A stretch of DNA of 64,000 nt from Utricularia gibba (Eukaryota > Plantae > Magnoliophyta), in assembly GCA_002189035.1 (NCBI GenBank), contig NEEC01000029.1:372001-436000 (forward strand), in the 5' to 3' direction. Position 1 is the first letter of the stretch. Every line of letters begins with the position of its first letter. The translations under genes and the position numbers were made by a program. Shown in pieces: positions 63,698 through 64,000 of this stretch. The notes under the pieces were generated by a model that was not told the DNA's origin, searched no databases, and saw nothing but the letters and a program-made list of their open reading frames with translations.

Positions 63698-64000
63698 GTG
63701 AATCAAAGCAACCTGCTTTCTCGCTCACCACCACCTGCTTTCTTCTTCTCAGTCTCATTTTATCTTCTTGTATGTGGGGGGTGATTTAGAAATCTGGCCA
63801 CTGTATGTAGGTGCACTTGCACATGTCTAGCAGCTGCTAATGCTGCCCACTCTTAGGACTACATCATGAATTTGACTTGACTACATGGCCAAAGGAAGTT
63901 AAGGGCGGGCAGCACCATTATCTCTCTGGATTATGCTGCTGCTATTACGACCGACCTATTTCCATCCAAAATACATCCCGAGAACCATTCTTGTATCGCG

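Overview
Eukaryotic (eudicot plant) nuclear DNA with very high gene density: 19 protein-coding genes plus two genuine pseudogenes in 64 kb, most introns about 60-120 nt. In order: CID RRM protein (5'-truncated), a conserved coiled-coil protein, ubiquitin-RPL40, AAA ATPase, WDR44-like WD40, pTAC7, TPR protein, ABIL, a coiled-coil protein, CBL4/SOS3-like sensor, BOB1/NudC, CCT protein, ATX4/5-type SET methyltransferase, PTB pseudogene, SHT-like BAHD acyltransferase, plastid pyruvate kinase beta, F-box, ABCG half-transporter, PPR pseudogene, YODA-derived kinase-like gene, MBD13-like. The compactness suggests a miniature asterid genome such as Lentibulariaceae (inference only). Highlights: (1) an open-frame YODA-derived pseudokinase (Gly loop, alphaC Glu, HRD and DFG all altered) with an N-terminus resembling callose synthase 9/10; (2) a decayed PTB gene that seems to keep its poison cassette exon; (3) a PPR relic ending in a fold-back hairpin; (4) a CBL4-like sensor with a canonical-looking EF2, a degenerate EF4 and a lost intron. 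Eight single-base frameshifts, all at short homonucleotide (mostly G/C) runs in seven otherwise intact genes, look like long-read assembly errors rather than biology. No tRNA, rRNA, CRISPR array or intact transposon was recognised. Gene names and Arabidopsis comparisons come from recalled family sequences and were not database-checked.
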